DNA of 64,000 nucleotides from Eledone cirrhosa. Lineage: Eukaryota. The stretch lies in NCBI GenBank assembly GCA_964016885.1, contig OZ024741.1, positions 60,140,001 to 60,204,000 on the forward strand, read 5' to 3'. Below, in pieces: positions 1-13,619 of this stretch. A program made the position numbers and the translations under genes. The notes beneath the pieces were generated by a model. The model was not told where the DNA came from. It ran no database searches and worked only from the letters and a program-made list of their open reading frames with translations. Within the stretch, counting starts at the first letter, position 1. Each line of letters starts with the position of its first letter.

Positions 1-2293
1 AATTGAACAATGATAGTGGGAGACCTATGAACCTAAGATTTGTAGACAGGAAAAAGTTAAAAGAAACAACAGTTAGGGTAAACAAAGTCATCCCATACCT
101 TGAGGCGAGGAGCCTTCACCAGTGCAACAATATCCTCAAAGCAACAGCAAATGCGGTGAGGAAATTACTTGGCATAAAAGCGAGAGGAAACAACAAACAA
201 GAAAGATCAGAACCTTGGTGGAAGAAACAACTGAATGGTCAAATCAGGGAAATGAGAAATGACATTGGAAAGCTTGAGTCCCTACTGAATGGGACACTAA
301 AAAATATAGACACTCAAAATAGACTGGAAATAAAGTACAAAACTAGGAGGAAAAAGCTAAATATTATCATAGAGGAATTGAAGCAACGCATTGTAGCAAA
401 GAGTGCAAACATTAGGCGATACGAGAGCAGAGTCAGTCAGTATAGACAGAAGCGCATGTTTGACAACAACCAGATGATGCTGTTTGGACAGCTTGAAGGG
501 AAAGAAAGAGGCAACGACTTGATCCCTGAGGCGGAACAAACTAAGACATTCTGGAGAGGAATATGGGAGCAGGATGTTAAACATAATGACCAGGCAGTGT
601 GGATTGAGACAGTACAAAAGGAGATTAGTGAACAGGCACACCAACAAACTGATTTGAGTATCACAGTTGAAACTCTTAATGGGCAGGCCAAAAAATTAAC
701 CAACTGGAAATCACCAGGCCCAGATGGTGTGCAGGAGTATTGGATACAAGTTGGGAAAGGGAGAACTTACTATCAATTACCTCCTCTTCATGGACGATAT
801 TAAGCTCTTCGGGAAGAGTGAGAAGGAGTTGGATGTGCTTGTTGACACTGTCCGTATTTTCAGCAATGATATATGTATGCAATTTGGTATTAGTAAGTGT
901 CCTTGTGATGAAGAGGGGTAAATTGAGCAGAAGCAACGGAATCCATGTACCAACAGGTGAGATGATAAAGGAAATTGACACTGAAGAAGGATACAAGTAT
1001 TTGGGTGTTTTGGAGGCTGATGACATAAAGAACAAAAAAAATGAAGGAATTGATAAGATCTGAATACATTCGGAGAGTAAGGAGCGTATTGAAGTCACAT
1101 CTGAACAGTAGGAATGCCATAAGTGCAGTACATTCCCGAGCTGTGTCTATTATTGGGTACAGTGCGGGAATTCTGATATGGAATGTTGCTGAACAAAAGG
1201 AAATAGATAGGAAGACTAGGAAGCTATTGACTATCTACATGTTCCACAAGAGGAGTGATGTCGATAGACTCTACTTAAGGAGATCTGAAGGTGGAAGAGG
1301 TCTTATCAGCATAGAGAACTGTTTTCAGATGGAGAAAAACAACCTACACAAATACGTGACTGATAGTAAGGAGCCAATGCTCAGAATTGTACTGAAGGAG
1401 AGGACAATAGAGCAGGGGATGTCCAAGGAGGAAATAACAACAAGGAGAAAGAGCAGCCTTCAGGAAAAATCCCTTCATAGTACCTTCTTTGAGAAAACTG
1501 AATTCAGAGATCCACAGACATGGAACTGGTTGAAAAGAGGAGACCTTAAAAAGGCTACAGAAAGATTGCTAATGGCGGCGCAAGAGCAGGCCCTCAAAAC
1601 GAAGTGGTTGAAACACCATATTTACAAGGATGAGGCTAGCCCACTGTGCAGGATCTGTGGAGAGAGAGTGGCTCACATTGTATCCGAGTGTAAACACCTA
1701 GCCCAGACTCACTATAAGGGGTGGAGACGTGATGTGATGGGGGGGGGGGGGAGTGTTCCACTGGCACCTATGCAAAGTAAACAATTTACCACATTCTGAG
1801 AAGTGGTATGAGCATAAGCCAGAGTCGGTGATAGAAAACGATCAGGTGAAGGTGCTGTAGGATTTTAGGATACAAATGGACAAGAAACTGGAACACAATT
1901 GACCTGACCTGGGGGTTTTGGACAAGGAAAAAGATCGTGCCTGATTGTGGATGTGGCCTGCCCATTCAACACGAGAGTGCAAGGGAAGGAGAGGGAGAAA
2001 ATTAACCGATACCAGGACTTAAAGTCGGAGGTAAAATGGATTTGGAACTGCCATGAAGTAAAAATGGTCCCAATTGTCATAGGCGCACTAGGTACTATCT
2101 CAAAAAGTTTCCAGCGATGGTTAAAAAAAATTGGCCCCGCCACGCTTTTTGGAACGCTTCAAAAGGCATGCTTGCTGGGAACAGCAAGAACCCTCCGATA
2201 CGTCTTCAATATCTGAGGCAGCAGGTAGTGGCTTGATATTCATTTCAACAAACTTTTCAGTTAACTAACATCAATGACTGAGACTCAAAGAAC

Positions 2294-2344
<51 letters not shown>
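1..2344 (+). mobile_element. R4/Dong-like non-LTR retrotransposon (RT + zinc knuckle + restriction-like endonuclease), frameshifted and internally deleted, ending in an (AAT)n tail
   Basis: ORF pieces 3-803 (WKSPGPDG), 724-921 (INYLLFMDDIKLF), 740-1063 (YKYLGV), 1041-1799 (RLYLRRSEGGRGL; CRICGE..HIVSEC) and 1947-2216 (DVACP..EKINRYQDL..PIVIGALG..LQKACLLGTA). A short 3' UTR leads to (AAT)n at about 2293-2344. Confidence 0.88.
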
Positions 2345-2348
<4 letters not shown>

Positions 2349-2746
2349 GGGTGTGTGTGTCTGTGTGGCGTAGGTACGTATGTATTGTTTACATAGATCG
2401 GAACGGAGGAGACATTTTTTTCATATAAATTAAGCATGAATACTGTCGCAGAAAATATCGCTATAATAACAACAGTTGAATCATTATCATTTCAACGTCT
2501 ATACTCATTTCCTGAACTACTAACGTTTTAATACACTATAACTTCTTTCTCTGATACTAGAAGTTGTATCTAGACTTGTCTTAGACTTGTCTTAGTTTAT
2601 TGACACCTAAAATAAATTGAATGGAGTGGGTCTCCACCGTTTTCGACTAAGATTATATTCTATCAAAGGAAAACTCTGCTCGCTAAAATAACGTATAATT
2701 GACCGAGGATTTAACAGACATGTATAATCTTAATGTTATTTCCTAG

Positions 2747-2861
2747 GGGATTCAGCGAAGCAGTTTTCGGCACCGATGGCCATTTAGATTTCAGGTATAG
2801 TCCATTCGATGAGATTCCAAACTGTGTCCCCTACCGAATTTCTCTCACAATGCATGGATGA
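2747..2861 (+). other. Possible short host exon (GFSEAVFGTDGHLDFRYSPFDEIPNCVPYRISLTMHG*), product unknown
   Basis: Acceptor-like tgttatttcctAG at 2745-2746, followed by a GC-richer stop-free frame ending TGA 2859-2861. An alternative donor CAG|gtatag follows 2794. No homology recognised. Confidence 0.2.
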
Positions 2862-2924
2862 ACCCGAGGCTATGCCACATGATACTTGCATATGATGCTA
2901 CTCAGTTGGAAGGAACACATAATG

Positions 2925-3136
2925 ATTTCTTATATAGGCACAAGGCAGCAATTTGGGGTTGGGGAGTCGATAAAATCGACTCCAGTGCGTGACTGGTACT
3001 TTATTTTGTTAACCCCGTAAGGATGAAAGGCAAAGTTAACTTCGGCGGGATTTGAACTCAGATCATAAAGGGCCGTAACTCTATGCTGCAAAGCATGGCG
3101 TCCGACCCTCTACCGATACTGCCAATCCACCGCCCT
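2925..3136 (-). mobile_element. tRNA-derived SINE family A, full length
   Basis: Minus strand has A-box-like TGGCAGTATCGG, B-box GAGTTCAAATCCC and central CCTTTCATCCTTACGGGG..AAAATAAAGTACCAG. Degenerate flanking duplication aacaca(t)aatgatt. Many other copies occur in the window. Confidence 0.85.
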
Positions 3137-4214
3137 AACACAATGATTCCTAAACGGACTTCTTAACCATTCTGACAATTATATAATTAATGTTTTGAAC
3201 GAATGCTTTGTAATTTCCTAATAGAATAGTTTAATTACATTATACATCCAGGAGCATACTATTTCACTTGGTATCCATGTTCCTAACCTTATGTAATGCT
3301 ATTCAACTAATTCTGATTAGTTGGATTTACAGATTCTTCACGCAAGATGTTTCTCTAATTCAGTCGTAGACAAGCTATACGAAAATATATTATATTTCCC
3401 TTCAGAATTGAGAATTTAGCTTAATATTATTGATGGACTTTAATATAAACTTATTAATTAAAGATAATACAACATGCTAACTCCAGCAATAGTTTAAATT
3501 AAATGAATTAGAATCAAGTCGTACATGCCCAAATTGATAGAATTGTTGTGACTTTGCTTGACAGACGACATATCCTCGCCATATATTGAGCTACACATTA
3601 CTCAGATATTTAACTCTAAATGATCAAAGTTGTCAATGATTAGTAATATGTAGATTACAATATTTACGTATTTTAATTATCAACATATTATATGTATATT
3701 GCATAGGCCATCATATCCGAAGCCTTTCTATAAATCTTGCCTGCCGGATGCTGTCGAAAATGTACCGGCCGGCGTAGAGTTTAAAGCTTTCGCCGTGAAC
3801 TAATGCAGCGGGTATTGTTGGAAGTTGTTCTCCACCGATATGTTTTCGTTATCTTGTTTGTATATATATATAATTGACGGTGTATGTGTGTTACCGTCCA
3901 TTGCTGCTGTATGTGTATACATATCTATAAAACAGGAAAACGTTCACCGATCTACAGAAACCAAGGCATTATGTTCGTCTACAGCAGGAAAGGTGTCGTG
4001 AATATACTTCTCTTGGTATTTGACAATATTCATCACTGTTTAGGCCAATTACACACACACACACATACACATAGACACACACACACACATACACACACAC
4101 GCGCACACACAGACACAGACACACACAAACAGGTAAAACATACAAACACATAACTTGATAACCCTTCGAACCACATGGACTCTGTATTGACGAATGATTA
4201 CATATTTCTAACTG

Positions 4215-4478
4215 TCATTTACCATAGCATTGGGTCGATCCAAGCTCTGCTAGTGAAATTTGGCAGAAGCAAACAATTTGAAACCATCGGATGGACTATG
4301 CCCGTAGTTCAAAGAGCCAGCCTTGTCACACACTGTGTCACACTGGCGTTCCATGAGAATTAAGTTAAGGTTACACGTCTATATGGAATGTTGAACCATT
4401 TATACATTAGTTTCATGAACAGACTGTCCCGCTGATGGAATAATTAAAGCACCCATCGTTGAAACTGACGATGTTCCA
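4215..4478 (+). mobile_element. SINE family B, decayed body and tail
   Basis: Similar to 17863-18210 (gtgaaattTGGcagA..; cttgtcacaca..gtcacactg..; ttaaggttacacgtc..; aaactgacgatgttcca). Confidence 0.6.
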
Positions 4479-4736
4479 TTCTTTGGTCCAAATAGTGATA
4501 ACATGGGTTTGATCCCGTTAATGTGCTAATTTAACCCCCACATCCCAAAACAGATGTTCTTAAATATATTCATGTACTTGTCGATAGAAATAAACCACCA
4601 CACGCTTCGAAATAGATATTATTAGTTAGCTAATAGCACAACGAGATGATAATTTACTATGTTTTCCCCGTCATATCATTATAGAACACAAATTATCTTT
4701 AATTTGGTAAAGAAAAGTAATTGAGCACATTTTGTT

Positions 4737-4890
4737 GTGGACATCCGTCGGTTCTGACGACGCGTATCCCAGAACCGGTATAGCCTGCTCGTGAACTTAA
4801 CGTACAGGAGGTTCAACATTCCACAAACACCTGTACCTTTAACGTATTTCTTAGGGTGATTCAGCCTGAGGAAGCGTGTGACAAGGCCAC
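4737..4890 (-). mobile_element. SINE family B tail fragment
   Basis: Reverse complement resembles the family B tail (cctgctcgtgaacttaacgt; acctttaacgta; tgtgacaaggcc). Confidence 0.55.
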
Positions 4891-5977
4891 CACCAGAGAT
4901 CAGTCTTCACATATAAGGTGCTCTGTTATGCTGTAGTTTGTTAAATTTATTGGAATTCACATTGATTTAATTGGATTTCAGAACGTTTCAAACTTCTGTT
5001 GGTAAATATATATATATATATATAACATACAAGAGACTTATTTTTTAACTCAATGTGGTGAGTGATATTTAATTACTAATACGCTTTCGTTTATTTCGAA
5101 TTTTCGTTTCGTTTTAGAAAGGTGGACAGCGGTAATGAGATTAGCAGGCCGACATGTCATGATAGAAACTTAATGCAAATAAGTCTTCCGAGAGACTCAT
5201 ACATTAACCTCAACTAATTTCCACGGTAACAGCTTCGTTCATATGTCGAGCTTCAATGTAAACAAATTGACGTTACTAATTTCATACATTTTACTGTTAA
5301 ACGTGGATGTAGATTTGTAAATGAGATAGATAGATTGGTTTAAATGGAATACTGCTAATTGAATGGTGTAAACTCGATCGTTTAGTAATTGTTACATATT
5401 TTCGTTCCAATGTATCGATTTGTTCCACGTTTCCAATATACACAAATCATGGTGTTGGATAAGATTATGTATTAACTATATGCATAGCTGCCAGGGATAC
5501 AAGGAAGTGATAATTTTACTTTATAATTAGAACACAAATGTCTACTGAGCGCACTAAGAATAGGTATAGGCTGCATACTAGAACTGAATACGTGATTGGC
5601 TCCACAAGTAACAAGATGAAGTTAGTGAAAGTTCAACAAAAAGTAAAGAAACAATATGACCGAGCGCCCACCTAGTGCATAACAACACATATCTAATCAT
5701 CTACATATTTGTCTAGACGCTTGTTTTTAACCATTTTGATACCAAATCACCCGAAGCTGGCTCTGGCACTATAATACCAAACTTTGTTTGAATGTGTTTA
5801 TATTTATATAAAACATTCTATTATAGTTTTATTTAAGAGCCCTTGTTATATTGGTTCCAAACATCAAATTAATAATGAAAATGTTAGTTATATTAATAAA
5901 TCTCTCCAAATACTTAACCATTTTCAAAGATTTAAAAATTATAGGGGATAGTGCTTTGCTTTAGAAATGGCAGGGTA

Positions 5978-6140
5978 AAGGGCAAGCTTGTCACTCAGTG
6001 TGACACTGAATCCCCCTACGTATTACATTATGTGTACTCGGGTATATAGTACACCCAGCTGCTTACACGTTAATTCAATGAGCAGGCTGTTTCGTTAATA
6101 GAAATATTAGAACACTCATTGCATAAACGACAGTGGCCCA
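5978..6140 (+). mobile_element. SINE family B tail fragment
   Basis: gcttgtcactcagtgtgacactgaatc..cacgttaattcaatgagcaggctgtttcgtt matches other family B copies. Confidence 0.55.
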
Positions 6141-6766
6141 TCCCGATGCGTAGTTATATAGTAATTCAACAAGTGAGTAATACATATTATGTATGCCCTA
6201 TGTATCTTTAGCTGTTTTTCTAACAAATATCGGAGATGCCCATTCCACAAACAAAATAATGGCTACTAATTGTCATCTACAGCATTATGGTTTTCCTTTA
6301 TGTACACAATACAGGAACTACGAAAATGACATTTATCGATGGAATAAACGTTAGATATATGGGGTAATTTGAACTTTACTAATAGAAATTTTGTATGAAA
6401 ATCTTATTCAAATGAATAATTTATCATGTATTTAAAAATACAACAGAGATATTTTATATTTATTATATTATATGCAATTTGAAACATCAATTTTCTATCT
6501 GTTCTCTCGCACAAACAACATAACAATCATATTTTAACAGATGTGCACACTTTAAGAGTAAACGCTTATGTAATCAAATCTGTTCGATATCATTAGAACA
6601 ATAGTAATGGTGAAATATTGTACTTATTTTAGTCACTTCGCTAGTTAAGGTCGAATTTACTGCAATAATGGTCGCCATTACATTCTTTATGCGTAAAATT
6701 GATTCTATTATACGGAATCGAAAGATATCCATTATCAAACATTACTAACATTTCCATATATTTGCT

Positions 6767-6908
<142 letters not shown>

Positions 6909-7148
6909 ATATATATTTATATGTGTTTGTGTCTGTGTGTGTGCAGGTGTGTGAGTGTGTATATGTTGGCATCAATGTCTTTTTGTAAGTTTACATATAA
7001 ATCCATGTATGTTGGTATATACTTAGATTTATCAAGCGTAAATTTCATTTTATTACATATTGTATATTATATAGCTTCTACGTGATATTAATATATAACG
7101 TAGAAACAAACTTTTATTCGTTACTTCAAACCGTATATATATATATAT

Positions 7149-8024
7149 AAATATAAATTAGCGAGAATCCTATTTTGGCTTAGGAATTAACGAAAAACAA
7201 CCTCCGAGATGTGTGGCAAGCGCTCAATGATTCAGATGAACCAGAGCTACAACATACGTTAAAGGCCAAACACACTGAGATGGTGGTTAATCAATCATTC
7301 GCACAGCCAAAAAAACGACCAAGTAATTCGGGTCAAACAAATAAAAATATATGTGATTGAAAATTTACCCGGACCCCTGGATGGTTGGTAAAATCAAGCA
7401 TTTGGGTGTCTGCGACTCCTAAATCAAGTACTGTCCGCTTACATAAATAATGTTAGGCTTCTGGTAAGATGATTGAACAAGGAAGCCACTTTTTCAACAG
7501 GTTTTATTTCGAGTGCTAATTTAAGGGATGACTGTTACTGACCAAACGTGGGGTTCGGTAAGGGAGGCAACCCTTATTTTAGGCGAATGATTTCAGTTGT
7601 GTATATTATTGCAAGAAAGCAAAACCTCATAAATCGAATAAAGCTCTCAACAGATGGTTAAAGTTAACATAAGCTATTCATCAGTCAATAGAATCAACTA
7701 AAAAAATCAAGAAAATTAACTGGTCAATAGCTAGACTTTGGATATTAATACAAATATAAATTAGCGAGAATCGCATTTCGGCTTAGGAATTAACGAAAAA
7801 CAACCTCCGAGATGTGTGGCAAGCGCTCAATGATTCAGATGAACCAGAGCTACAACATACGTTAAAGGCCAAACACACTGAGACGATGGTTAAACAATCA
7901 TTCGCACAGCCAAAAAAACGACCAAGTAATTCGGGTCAAACAAATAAAAATATATGTGATTGAAAATTTACCCGGACCCCTGGATGCTTGGTAAAATCCA
8001 GCATTTGGGTTTCTGCGACTCCTA
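7149..8024. mobile_element. Element with about 270-bp direct repeats (7149-7421 and 7752-8024), probably a PLE remnant with tandem pseudo-LTRs
   Basis: Two near-identical copies of aaatataaattagcgagaatc...ctgcgactcct, with (TA)n on both outer sides and no TG..CA ends. The spacer has only a faint endonuclease-like residue (KQNLINRIK..INWSIAR). Confidence 0.55.
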
Positions 8025-8878
8025 TATATATATATATGCGAAAATATATATATAAGAGAAAATGTATAGAAAGGAAAGAAATAGAACAACAGAAAAGAAT
8101 ATGAACTGCAGTTCAGAAGAATGACGCTGAGATGTAGAAAAAGTATGGGAGAATAAAGGAAGAGAGACCGGGTAATGTGATGTCTATTATATGATAGTTT
8201 TAAAATAGTAGCGGCGGTCACATGACAAGGACAATGAAGAAAACAATGGAATAACAGACAGTCCCGGCTAGAGAGAGGGAGAGGGTGAGAGAGATAGAGA
8301 GATAAATGCTACATACAACGTATTTAGGTCTTTAAACTGTTGGGGAATTGTATATATCTATATATATATGTATATATATATGTAGGTGTGTGTATGTGTG
8401 TGTATATATATATATATATTTATATATCTTCTTAATCTCTTCTCCTTCGCCCACTAATTCCTGAGAAGATCATGGGGCAGACACCTGAAATATTCCGTCC
8501 AACGGGTCCTATCAAAAGCAGCCGATTCTAACTTCGGCGGCTGGATCCACAACCAAGACCAGCCACATTATGGATGTTATCCACCCACCTCACTCGAAGT
8601 CAACCCTTCTGTCACCTTATTAGAAAGTGAGTTTTTTTTACAAAATGAAAAATAACCGAGGTATCCTACACGAGTGAAAGTATAATGAAAAAAAGATGAA
8701 ATCGAAAATGCAACTGGAGTCTTATTTTTAAATGATGTGAGAAAAACCACAGACGCTCCATCTGAACTCACTTCACTTTTGAAAAGCAGAAGAACTGCGA
8801 AACCGGTAAAGGGACCAAATAAATATATATATATATTTTTTAAATAAGAATCCAGTTGCATTTCCGATTTCATCTTTT

Positions 8879-9237
<359 letters not shown>

Positions 9238-9387
9238 GTATCGGCTCTGCTGATTTTCTCGCCCATTAGAACACTTCTAATATTTAACACTGCAGGCACA
9301 AGTATTGAGCACCTTTTGCATATGCTATTGGCAAATAACTACATGTATCGCCTATCTCTTCTTCTCTCTCTCGATACTTAAATATTA

Positions 9388-9497
<110 letters not shown>

Positions 9498-9699
9498 CAC
9501 ACACAAGAATGTGTCAATGTGTGCTGGTGTGTTGTGTGCGTGTGTTCCTGCATGTGTGTATGTTTGTGTTTGTGCACGGGTGCGTGTGTGTGTATGTAAA
9601 TATACTATTTCCTATGCAGTAGCATTGAATATTTTCGAATAGAAAAATAAACTATTTAAACTCGCAACATTTGAAAATGTAAGTGATTTAAATCTGTTG

Positions 9700-9900
9700 G
9701 TAGACAGCAGCTGATGACATCTGGAAATAACATTATGTTAACATGAGTAAAATATTCGATAGAGAGAGGTGACGTTTGGAATGTTGGCAATATTGAATAA
9801 TAGCAAGCTGAATTAGATGACAATTGTTGAATATAAGTCTACAACAGACTGAACGGAATTCGATAAAACCAATACCTTTGCGACAATTTCCCGACTTGTT
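9700..9900 (-). pseudogene. Very decayed PLE-type RT fragment
   Basis: Minus strand reads NVTSLY (compare PLE DVTSLYTNIP), preceded by weak GIG..VD..IQQ-like residues with frameshifts. Confidence 0.25.
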
Positions 9901-10624
9901 TTACAATGGAGTTGATATAATAAACATTAAAAACCAAACCATGCCTGGGAAAAATCAATAGTTACATTTAAACAAATAAAAAATATTGAATCACAAAAAA
10001 CATAAACAAAACGTTTGACTTAAGAAGTATAATAAATTTAAAAAAACATTTGAACTAGTGACCAAATGAGTGCACTACATACAAAAATCATGTCTATGCT
10101 CAAACTAACAAACGATCCTGGAGGCTAGTGATCCATACCTACCAAGCGCAGGTACCCAAACCAATCGGTACTTAAGTCTGCACTGCGACATGTACCTGGA
10201 CTAAGCCCCACACGTCACACCTGCCCAATCATCCGCACCTCCCCCAGAAAGCCAATTGCAGATATCCCGAGCCGAAACCATATTCTCCCTCCCCCACCTA
10301 TTATATCAATCAATAACCAGCATTGTATCATCTACCTACCACTACTCACCTGTAAGATTCCTTTTGCATATCATACTTCCCATGTGTATATGTGCAGATA
10401 GCCTTAAACCCTTTCCTCTCTGATTCTTGTTATGGTACATGAAAGTATTACGTACATGTGGGCGTGCATGTAGGTCCATGTGTGCAGACAATCCTACCAC
10501 GTCCTCTTCTCATGTGGGCTCATGTGGGAGCGTTGGTGCAGACAGCTTCACCACCTCCTCTCCCCATAGGGACATTCATGGGCCTCTGTATGCACATGTG
10601 TAACGTGGTTTGGATGTGCATGTG

Positions 10625-10704
<80 letters not shown>

Positions 10705-11152
10705 TGATTATGCTTATAGGGGCACATGCAGCTGTGTGAATGCGCATGGATGTGAATGTAAGTGCACAACTATGTATGTGTGTAAGTATAAATGCATCTA
10801 TATTTCTTTGTATATACCTTACCCTTTCTTTCCACCTACTCATTTATTTGCCATGTAAGTTCCTACCTCACCGCACTCCTGCCATTAAAGTGATATTTGA
10901 CTACATTATTCATGCATTTCTATATATAACCTTTCAAGACTTCGCAATATACTGTTGCGTATGCCACTATGCATGCAGTATGCATGCACGTAGTACATAC
11001 ACTTCATCACCAATATAATCCACTGTACTTATCTTTCCACCCCCATATTTTACCTGACCTTATTTGATCATATTTACTATTTTGTTTCGCTATCTGCTCA
11101 TTTACTTGTCTGATTAGTGGTCTCATCGGTCTCAGCACCGGATACTCTCTCG

Positions 11153-11293
<141 letters not shown>

Positions 11294-11434
11294 GTAATAA
11301 TTGTTTCTACTTTAGGCACATATTTAGGCACATATAATAATTGAGATCACAAAAGTGTAATGAAAGAGTTTTGACTATGAAATAATCACTCGCTTGCCAA
11401 GCAAACTGATAAATACATTAGTTATCTGACTGAT

Positions 11435-11524
11435 AATTGTTTCTACTATAGGCACAAGGCCAGCAATTATCCCAGTGCATTACTGGTACTTTATTTTATC
11501 GACCCCGTAAGGATGAAAGGCAAA
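11435..11524 (-). mobile_element. SINE family A, 5'-truncated
   Basis: ttgtttctactataggcacaaggccagcaa..actggtactttattttatcgaccccgtaaggatgaaaggcaaa. Confidence 0.85.
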
Positions 11525-11530
11525 TGTAAT

Positions 11531-13345
11531 AATGATTTCATTTATTGGTCACAAGGACCGACATGTAGGGCACAATACAAAGACACGGACAGTGGGGGTT
11601 TACAATAAGCTCCATTAAAATTGCACAATGGCAAGTCTAATTTAACAATGAAGATATAAAAAATATAAAATAAACTATGCATAAATATAACAAAATAAAT
11701 TACCCTATAGGTGTGGCCGAACCAGGGGTGACTCAGACACCACACCAATCCTGAAAACCCTGCGCTTCTAGGGCACCCGGGAAGGGCCCCCTCTAATCCT
11801 CAAATCAGCCAGCCTATAGGCGCATGGTCAGAGTAGGCTCACTCACACGGGCCATTCTCGCCACATTCATCCAACTTTTAGCAAATGTACTGGGGGGCAG
11901 CACTTCTCTCTCCACTGTCATCTTCCTTTCCAGGTGAAACTTGAAGAAGTTGATGAGGGAATGGCCGAAGAAAAAAGTGTCTGTCTTCAGTCTTTTCAAC
12001 TTGGTCCACCATACAACCTCTTTCGCAACTGCCACCAGACAGAGCGAAATTGACTGCCCTTCCTGGCCAAAGGAAAGTGGTAGGTCGATCTTCACTATGG
12101 ACGTGGCCGATAGCCGGATCCGTTCTACATGTGACAACAGCTGTTCGACATAATTCCACAAGTCAGTAATGCACGAAGATTGAACAAGTGCGTGCAGAAC
12201 AGTTTCGTCGATTTGTGCGCATCTTGGGCAGGTCCGTCTGACAGCACTTCCGTGCATGTAGAGTTTATCTTGAACCGGCAGTACCCCCCCGGTAGCGCTG
12301 CCAAGCGAGGGATTTCTGGAAGTTATCCATCGTCGCTGGCTCGAAAACCTCCGGAAGAGACTGGTCAGTTCGACTTCGTCGAAGTCCAGAGCCTCTCCGA
12401 GTACGTAATCGCACTTGCCACCCTGTTCACCGTTTAAGCAGAATATCTGGAGATGTTGCAGCCTCAGCACATGTCTACGCATCATTAGCCACGGGATGCT
12501 CAGCCCTCCGCATAGAGGGTGCTGGCAGCAGATGGACCACCTCACCAACGGGACCTGTCCCCTCCACAAGACTTTGAAGAGGAGCTGTTCCAACTTGGCG
12601 AGACGCGGACGGGGAGAAGGCACGACGATCAGGTAGTAGTAGCTGACGGACGTGATGTACGCATTCGCCACCCCCACGCGACCTTTCAGTAATAGCTTCC
12701 TTGCAGCCCATTTCTGGGTGAGATTGGCTACCCTGCTCGTTACCTCGTCCCAATTCTTTTCAACCTGGAAGTCTAGTCCGAACCAAACCCCGAGAAACTT
12801 TACTGGTCCGTCCAGCCCCCCACGACACTGTTGGACGACAAGGACTTGCCTCTCCAGGAGCCGAGCTGTAAGCCCACTGACGTTTCCGGTTTAAGCTTCG
12901 CTCCTGTCAACCTTTCATATTCCTTCAATAAGGTGCCGACCACCTCGATTTTCGAGGTGTCCGATACCATCACGGTGATGTCGTCCGCATAAGCCGCCAC
13001 AGCCCTTCCGCGTCCCGGTTCGCGATGCCCTGCAACAGCTCCAGCTTCCGCAGTAAAGGCTCGAGAGTCAATTCGTACAGAAGAGAAGAGAGAGGGCACC
13101 ATTGACGGACCAATCGGGACACACGAAACGGTCCCGAGAGGTAGCCATTAACCTTGACCACCGAGCAGATGCCGCTGTGCATTGCAGCGATCCAGCTTCT
13201 GAAGACGGGGCCGTCTAACGCTACTTCTTTGCTAAATCCTATCGAAGTTACTCTAATCTCTCTTTTGAGAGTCGGGGGGCCCCCACCATCTGATGTTGAG
13301 GATCCCCCTGTCAACTTTTGCTTAACTAAATTGTTGACTCGGTCA
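11531..13345 (-). mobile_element. Tx1/L1-clade LINE, frameshifted, with RT, C-terminal zinc finger and 3' UTR, plus a probable 5'/ORF1 stub
   Basis: VKVNGYLSGPF..VRQWCPLSSLLY..LEPLLRKL, AYADDITVMV, GAKL..SVGLQLG, LGVWFG, GGLSIP and CPRCAQIDETVLHAL. The 3' end reads AATAAATGAAATC on minus. Confidence 0.85.
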
Positions 13346-13580
13346 ATAATAATAATAATAAACATGAAATTCGGTTTCATTTGTACATCTCTATTCATTT
13401 TTTTATACGTATTTGAAAGAAGTAAGATAGTTGTATTACAACTGAACTAAGTTTTCTCTTCAGACAAATGAAACCGTCTTTCTTCTTTATTATTATAATA
13501 AAACTTGAAATGGTCGGCAGATTTTCAATCAACCAACTCTCTTCAATTGAATATATATATATATATGTGTGAGTGTGTGT

Positions 13581-13619
<39 letters not shown>

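Noticed and set aside
3775-3815. Hammerhead-like cGAAAgctTT on minus with an AAAGCTTT palindrome
   Set aside because: The upstream core reads CTGCATTA and stem I does not pair, so it is too degenerate to call.
8455-8560. CTGAGAA...GAAA and a GC hairpin (cagccg..cggctg)
   Set aside because: C3-A8 mismatch and no stem I or III pairing.
9705-9745. CTGATGA-catctg-GAAA on +
   Set aside because: No U16.1/H17 in register and no stem I. Likely chance within a decayed RT fragment.
10455-10600. Degenerate tandem repeat of about 56 bp (catgtggg..gtgcagaca..ccac.tcctct)
   Set aside because: Only about two and a half diverged units and no sign of function.
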